A DNA stretch of 64,000 bases from Gemmatimonadota bacterium (GTDB lineage: Bacteria; Gemmatimonadota; Gemmatimonadetes; Gemmatimonadales; Gemmatimonadaceae), in NCBI GenBank assembly GCA_031372565.1, contig JANMLN010000201.1, forward strand, positions 1 through 64,000. The letters run 5' to 3'. The notes under the pieces were generated by a model. It saw only the letters and a program-made list of their open reading frames with translations, searched no databases and was not told the origin of the DNA. This document shows positions 61,673 to 64,000 of the stretch, piece after piece. Position 1 is the first letter of the stretch. Each line of letters begins with the position of its first letter. Made by a program: the position numbers and the translations under genes.

Positions 61673-62632
61673 ATGGCGGCCCCGATCATCAGCGCACCCA
61701 CACCGCTCGGCGGCACGCCCAGGGTGAACACGCGCGGAATCCGGGCAGCGCAGGCGGGGCTGCTCGTGAACGCCGTACTGACGGTCGTGAAGCTGCTCGC
61801 AGGGGTCGCGGGCAACAGCTACGCGCTGATCGCCGACGCGTTCGAGTCGATGTTCGACATCCTCGGGTCGTTCGTCATCTGGGGCGGGCTCCAGATCTCG
61901 AGCCGCTCCCCCAACGAGCACTACCCGTTCGGCTTCGGCCGTGCCGAGACGCTGGCCAGTGCGGTGGTCGCGCTGATGCTGATCGGCGCGGCGATCGGCA
62001 TCGCGATCGAAGCCGTGCGCGAGATCGTGACCCCGCACCACGCCCCGGCCCCGTTCACGCTGGCGGTGCTGGTGGCCGTCATCGTCATCAAGTACGTCAT
62101 GGCGCGCCGCGTGAACGCCATCGGCGACACGACCGGCAGTTCGGCCGTGAAGGCCGATGCCGTGCATCACCTGAGCGATGCCATCACGTCGGCGGCGGCG
62201 TTCGTCGGCATTTCGGTGGCGCTCTGGAAGGGACCGGGCTACGAGGCGGCCGACGATTGGGGAGCGCTCGTGGCGTCGGCGGTCATCCTGTTCAACGGGA
62301 TTCGCCTGCTCTCGGAGGCCACGAGCGAGTTGATGGACCGCACGCCATCAACGGGGGTCGTGGATGCGATCGGGCGCGCAGCGTGCGACGTCCCCGACGT
62401 GCGCGCCATCGAGAAGCTCAAGGTGCGCAAGCTGGGTGCGGGTTTCTGGGTCGAAATCCACGTGCAGGCCGACCCCGCCATGCCGCTGGTCGAGGCGCAC
62501 GGATTGGGCGGCGCGGTCAAGTACGCCATCCGGACCGCCGTCCCTGCCGTGCACGCGGTGCTGGTGCACATGGAACCATATGAATCGGCGCCGCTGCCTC
62601 CGGAACCGCAGGGGATGTCGAGGTTATCTTAG
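61673..62632 (+). CDS. Cation diffusion facilitator (FieF-like) transporter
   Basis: GNSYALIADAFES..D, HYPFGFGRAE, ADAVHHLSD, C-terminal VHMEP. Confidence 0.92.
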   Translation: MAAPIISAPTPLGGTPRVNTRGIRAAQAGLLVNAVLTVVKLLAGVAGNSYALIADAFESMFDILGSFVIWGGLQISSRSPNEHYPFGFGRAETLASAVVALMLIGAAIGIAIEAVREIVTPHHAPAPFTLAVLVAVIVIKYVMARRVNAIGDTTGSSAVKADAVHHLSDAITSAAAFVGISVALWKGPGYEAADDWGALVASAVILFNGIRLLSEATSELMDRTPSTGVVDAIGRAACDVPDVRAIEKLKVRKLGAGFWVEIHVQADPAMPLVEAHGLGGAVKYAIRTAVPAVHAVLVHMEPYESAPLPPEPQGMSRLS

Positions 62633-62693
62633 GGGGATCACGTCCCGGGCCCCCACGCGCCGGACTCTCTGACGGACTCCAGCCATCTCGTCC

Positions 62694-63056
62694 ATGCGTC
62701 CTGCCCTGTCCGCTCCCCTCGTTCGACTCGGCGTGCTCAGCGCCGGGGCCCTGCTCGCCGCCGCGGCCTGCACCGCCGACAGCAGCGTCATCCTGATGGG
62801 CATTCCCACGATCACGCCCAACCCGGTCAGCGCGGGGAGCCGGTTCGTCATCAACGTCGGCGTGACCAACGCGGTGGGCTGCGATCGCGCGACGGTATCA
62901 GTGCAGTACAACGGTGTGACCGTCAGCACCAAGCAGCAGGCCATCGGGACGCAGTACAAGGACTCGACCTTCGCCGTGGCGTCCGGCACCGTCACGGCCA
63001 CGGGCACCTGTGGATCGGCGGTGCAGACGTCGACCGAACTGGTGACCGTCAACTAG
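62694..63056 (+). CDS. Small Ig-like lipoprotein
   Basis: Lipobox AAAC; beta-rich with a Cys pair. Confidence 0.55.
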   Translation: MRPALSAPLVRLGVLSAGALLAAAACTADSSVILMGIPTITPNPVSAGSRFVINVGVTNAVGCDRATVSVQYNGVTVSTKQQAIGTQYKDSTFAVASGTVTATGTCGSAVQTSTELVTVN

Positions 63057-64000
63057 GTCGCGCGAGTCGCCTGCGGCGCGAGGCGGCCCGCCACGATCTC
63101 GGCGAGATCCAGTACGTCGGCGCTCGCGCCCTTTGCCGTCACGCCGTCGGCGATCATCGTCATGCAGAACGGGCAGGCCACCGCGATCGTGCTCGCACCG
63201 GTGGCCAGCAACTCTTCCGTCCGCTCGACGTTGATCCGCTTCCCTTCCTTCTCCTCCATCCACATGCGGCCGCCCCCGGCGCCGCAGCAGAGCCCGCGGT
63301 CCTTGGTGCGGGCGGGCTCCACCAGATCGAGGATGGGAAGCGCACGACGCAGTGTCTCGCGCGGCGCGTCGTACACATCGTTGTAGCGGCCGAGGTAGCA
63401 CGAGTCGTGGTACGCCACGACCAGGCGCTCGTTGTCCGCTTCATCCATCGGCACGCGCCCCTCCTTGAGCAACCGCTCGAGATACTCGGAGTGGTGGATC
63501 ACCTCGTAGGTGCCCCCCCACTGCGGGAACTCGCTGCCGATCTGGTGGAAGCAGTGCGGACAGTGCGTGACGATCGTTGTCACCTTGTAGCCATTGAGCG
63601 TCTCGACGGCCGCCTTGGCGAGCACCTGGTACAGGTACTCGTTCCCCATGCGCCGCGCCGGATCTCCGTGGCACGCCTCTTCCTGGCCGAGGATCGCGAA
63701 CTTCACGTCGGCTGCCTTGAGGATCCGGGCGAACGCGACCGTGACCTTCTTGGCCCGTTCGTCAAACGAGCCCATGCAGCCGACCCAGAAGAGGATGTCC
63801 GGGGTGTCGTTGCTCGCGGCCAGCTCCGCCATCGTCGGAATCTCGAGCCCCTCGGCCCACCCGGCGCGGTCGCCCGGCGCGAACGACCAGGGATTCCCCT
63901 TCTGCTCCATGCCCTCGAAGGCCGGCAGCAGTTCCTCGGGAAACCGGGACTCGGTGAGCACGAGATTGCGCCGCATCTCGTTGATGATCTCGAGCTGATC
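63053..64000 (-). CDS. Fe-S oxidoreductase with two CCG domains (HdrD/GlpC/FadF-like), 5'-partial
   Basis: FWVGC, CHGDPARRMGNE, CPHC, YHDSCYLGR, CCGAGGG, ACPFC; frame runs off the window end. Confidence 0.88.
   Translation of the reverse strand, partial: DQLEIINEMRRNLVLTESRFPEELLPAFEGMEQKGNPWSFAPGDRAGWAEGLEIPTMAELAASNDTPDILFWVGCMGSFDERAKKVTVAFARILKAADVKFAILGQEEACHGDPARRMGNEYLYQVLAKAAVETLNGYKVTTIVTHCPHCFHQIGSEFPQWGGTYEVIHHSEYLERLLKEGRVPMDEADNERLVVAYHDSCYLGRYNDVYDAPRETLRRALPILDLVEPARTKDRGLCCGAGGGRMWMEEKEGKRINVERTEELLATGASTIAVACPFCMTMIADGVTAKGASADVLDLAEIVAGRLAPQATRAT

Overview
High-GC bacterial chromosomal window; gene content and protein style suggest Gemmatimonadota (inference). About 58 protein-coding genes are supported and no rRNA, tRNA, CRISPR array, integrase or transposase was seen. 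Housekeeping blocks: glmS-glmM; cystathionine gamma-synthase/lyase-M48 peptidase-purD-mutM-short UvrC-like nuclease; a Phd/VapC toxin-antitoxin pair; menaquinone genes (ubiE/menG, ubiD, ubiA, ubiX); an ECF sigma/anti-sigma envelope-stress operon; MATE, Mrp, DHH phosphoesterase, APC permease and guaB; a peptidoglycan remodelling cluster (SH3-like protein, degenerate plus intact L,D-transpeptidase, two M15 peptidases); and gpmI-OMP-queD-mobA-dacB-moeA-methyltransferase-CDF. The standout is a ~16.4 kb minus-strand cell-surface locus (17175-33599). It couples a TonB-dependent receptor to lipoproteins carrying at least four cohesin-like modules and one dockerin-like module, two related beta-helix proteins, an RCC1-repeat domain, a gluzincin peptidase and an atypical alpha/beta hydrolase, and is preceded by PhoB/OmpR-type 11-bp tandem repeats. 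It looks like a non-cellulolytic, cellulosome-like scaffold built around an outer-membrane importer, possibly for phosphorus scavenging. All domain calls are by eye and need HMM or structure confirmation.
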